Of a stretch of DNA of 64,000 bases, positions 61,792 through 64,000 are shown piece after piece (the stretch's first letter is position 1; every line of letters begins with the position of its first letter). Both the position numbers and the translations under genes were made by a program. The stretch spans positions 672,001 through 736,000 of the forward strand of contig CAWBZV010000003.1 in assembly GCA_963793305.1 (NCBI GenBank), written 5' to 3'. Under the pieces are notes generated by a model. It was not told the DNA's origin. It saw only the letters and a program-made list of their open reading frames with translations, and searched no databases. Source of the stretch: an uncultured Gemmatimonadales bacterium. GTDB taxonomy: Bacteria; Gemmatimonadota; Gemmatimonadetes; Gemmatimonadales; Gemmatimonadaceae.

Positions 61792-64000
61792 GTGAAACGC
61801 ATCTACGATGGATTGGCGCGTGCGTTCGACCGCAACCGGCTCGTTTTCTGGTATGACGGCGCCGGTGAGTGGAACGACACGTTCAAGGGCTACGCCCAGG
61901 AGGGCGTCGTCAAGCTGCGCGTCGCCAATGACGAGTTCGCGACCAAAGTCCGAGTCGTTCGGCAGCTGGACACGCGCTTTCTATTGTATGTGCCGGGTCC
62001 AAGGCCGAACGACGCCGACAACTGGCTGCTCGATTTGCTGCTCCAAGGGCATGAGTTCCACGCCGATAAGGCTGCTCTCGGCGCTGAGGAAGCCGGCCTT
62101 CCGCAGGAGTTCTGGCACCTCGCCGCCGACCACTCGGCGTTCTTCAACAGCACTAAACGCATCACTTTGTTGCGGGAGATTGTCACCGCAGAGGATCAAG
62201 TACGCGACATCCGCCTCAAGATGATGTCCGTGCTCGCCGGGACGCAGCCCGAGCTGGATACGCTGGTGCGCCATTTTCTCGCGCAACGCATCGACGGCGA
62301 GCCGGCTGATCCTGTTAGGGAGACACTTGCAGGAGCGGCTCTTGCGGAGCCGTTCTGGCGCGCTGTGGCTCAGCGCTTCGGATACGATGCGGCGTTGCCT
62401 TCGATCCGGGATTTTGCCGTCACACTGTTCCGCGCCGCGAATCCGCTGGACAGGAAGGTCACGCTCCTCCCGCATGCGACTGTATTCCTTCGAAACTGGA
62501 AGGACAGTCTTACCCACAAGGCAGCATACGAGCACTGGGCCAACGCGCTGGAGGAAGACCTTCAGATCGGCGTCGCACTCGCCGCCCTCGACGAACGCAC
62601 GTCGCTTGGTGAAAACGATACCTTCGAGTTGTTTGAGCGGTTCACGCTACACAAGGTGGTCGACGCCTTTCAGCAGGATAGCCCTTCGGGAGAACTCCGC
62701 TCCGTCATTCAGCAGCGACGGGGTTCTTTCTGGCGTGAGAAGCACGCGGATGGCTACGACGCGCTGGAGCACGCGGTTGCGCTGCGCGAGCTGATCGACG
62801 CGGCCGACCTGGAGCTGGAGTCAATGGAGATTGCCGCGCGTCGGTATGCAACGACGTGGTGGCAGATCGACATGGAGTATCGGCGTTGCACGTACCACCT
62901 GCGGCGGTACAGCCAGGCACAGGTCATGGAACCCGTGCGTGAATGGATCGAGAAGCACTACGTCAACAACTTTCTGCTTCCCGTCGCTGAGCGATGGGGC
63001 GACCAGGTGGCGCGTCTCGATCGCTGGGGATGCGAAGGTATTCCTGCGCAACGGCGATTCTTCGAAACGTATGTGCAGCCCTTCCTGTCAAAAGGGCAAA
63101 AGATCTTCGTCATCATTTCCGACGCCTTCCGCTACGAGGCCGCTGCGAATTTTGCCCGGCGGTTGGGGGAGACGAATCGGTGGTCCGCCGAGATTGAGCC
63201 CATGTTGAGCGCACTGCCTTCCTATACCCAGCTTGGCATGGCGTCTCTGCTTCCGGGCAGGGAGTGTTCGATCGACGCCGTTACAGGGAGCGCGAGCGTC
63301 GACGGTCGAAGCGCCGCCGGCACGCCGAATCGAAACGAGATCCTGTCGCTCGCCTGCAAGGGTCGCGGCACCGCCATACAGGCCGAAGACTTTCTTATCA
63401 TGAACGCGAGGACAGAAGGTCGCGACCTCATGCGCGACAACGACGTCGTGTACATCTATCACAACAAGATCGACCACATCGGAGACAAGACGACCACCGA
63501 GGTGCAAACGACCGAGGCAGTTGCGCAGGCGTTTGAGGAGCTCGAATCGATCATCAAGAAGGTCGCGAACATCAATGGCACGAACATGCTGCTGACGGCG
63601 GACCACGGATTTCTCTTCCAGCAAACGGCCATCGAGGATGGAGACATGGCCTATCTCCCACAGGCGACAAAGTGGGGTAGCCAAGGCCGTCGCTACGCGC
63701 TGGGCTGGGGCATTGCTCCATCTGCGGGCGTCAAGCAATTCAGCGCTGCCGCGCTCGGCGTGGGTGGTGATTGGACCGCGGCCTTTCCCTTGGCTCTCGG
63801 ACGATTTCTCGTGCGGGGTTCAGGCAACCGCTATGTACATGGCGGCATTAGCCTCCAAGAGGTGATCGTGCCGGTGGTAAAGATCCGCAAGACGCGCACG
63901 GATGATGTTGTTCAGGTGGATGTCGATATCCTGCGGGTGCCGGCAAAGATCACGACAGGTCAGCTCGCGGTTGCGGTTTACCAAGAGCAAGCCGTGGCTG
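61792..64000 (+). CDS. pglZ: BREX PglZ phosphatase-family protein, 3'-truncated by window edge
   Basis: Not in ORF track (no stop in window); read by hand: RLVFWYD, IFVIISDAFRYE, LPSYTQLGMA, TADHGF, YVHGGISLQE. Confidence 0.93.
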   Translation, partial: MKRIYDGLARAFDRNRLVFWYDGAGEWNDTFKGYAQEGVVKLRVANDEFATKVRVVRQLDTRFLLYVPGPRPNDADNWLLDLLLQGHEFHADKAALGAEEAGLPQEFWHLAADHSAFFNSTKRITLLREIVTAEDQVRDIRLKMMSVLAGTQPELDTLVRHFLAQRIDGEPADPVRETLAGAALAEPFWRAVAQRFGYDAALPSIRDFAVTLFRAANPLDRKVTLLPHATVFLRNWKDSLTHKAAYEHWANALEEDLQIGVALAALDERTSLGENDTFELFERFTLHKVVDAFQQDSPSGELRSVIQQRRGSFWREKHADGYDALEHAVALRELIDAADLELESMEIAARRYATTWWQIDMEYRRCTYHLRRYSQAQVMEPVREWIEKHYVNNFLLPVAERWGDQVARLDRWGCEGIPAQRRFFETYVQPFLSKGQKIFVIISDAFRYEAAANFARRLGETNRWSAEIEPMLSALPSYTQLGMASLLPGRECSIDAVTGSASVDGRSAAGTPNRNEILSLACKGRGTAIQAEDFLIMNARTEGRDLMRDNDVVYIYHNKIDHIGDKTTTEVQTTEAVAQAFEELESIIKKVANINGTNMLLTADHGFLFQQTAIEDGDMAYLPQATKWGSQGRRYALGWGIAPSAGVKQFSAAALGVGGDWTAAFPLALGRFLVRGSGNRYVHGGISLQEVIVPVVKIRKTRTDDVVQVDVDILRVPAKITTGQLAVAVYQEQAVA

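Overview
High-GC bacterial window. The gene content (pilin style, BlaI, many Ig/PD40 lipoproteins, TPR proteins, Ser/Thr kinase) suggests Gemmatimonadota; this is inference only. Many single-base frameshifts point to an unpolished long-read assembly. The first ~44 kb is chromosomal-type content: a GH94 phosphorylase, transketolase, a type IV pilin, a run of Ig-like/PD40 lipoproteins, a serine-cycle-type cluster (sgaA-mcl-mtkA-mtkB-hpr), two ECF sigma/anti-sigma pairs, YcaQ, PP2C, an S9 peptidase and a kinase. From ~44 kb the window is accessory and defence related: a hybrid RelB/VapC toxin-antitoxin pair, a TPR protein facing a tiny lipopeptide gene, a SIR2-receiver fusion, a res-like repeat array, a TM0106 nuclease-helicase and a type 1 BREX operon running off the end. 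The most unusual element is non-coding, at 36.97-37.4 kb. It is a tRNA gene with a full tRNA-Leu body but an alanine anticodon (CGC). It is followed by two small transcription units (promoter, ~20-nt sequence antisense to the tRNA anticodon arm, terminator). One matches the resident tRNA 20/20 and the other differs at the anticodon loop. My hypothesis is a mistranslating-tRNA toxin with an array of anticodon-specific antisense antitoxins.
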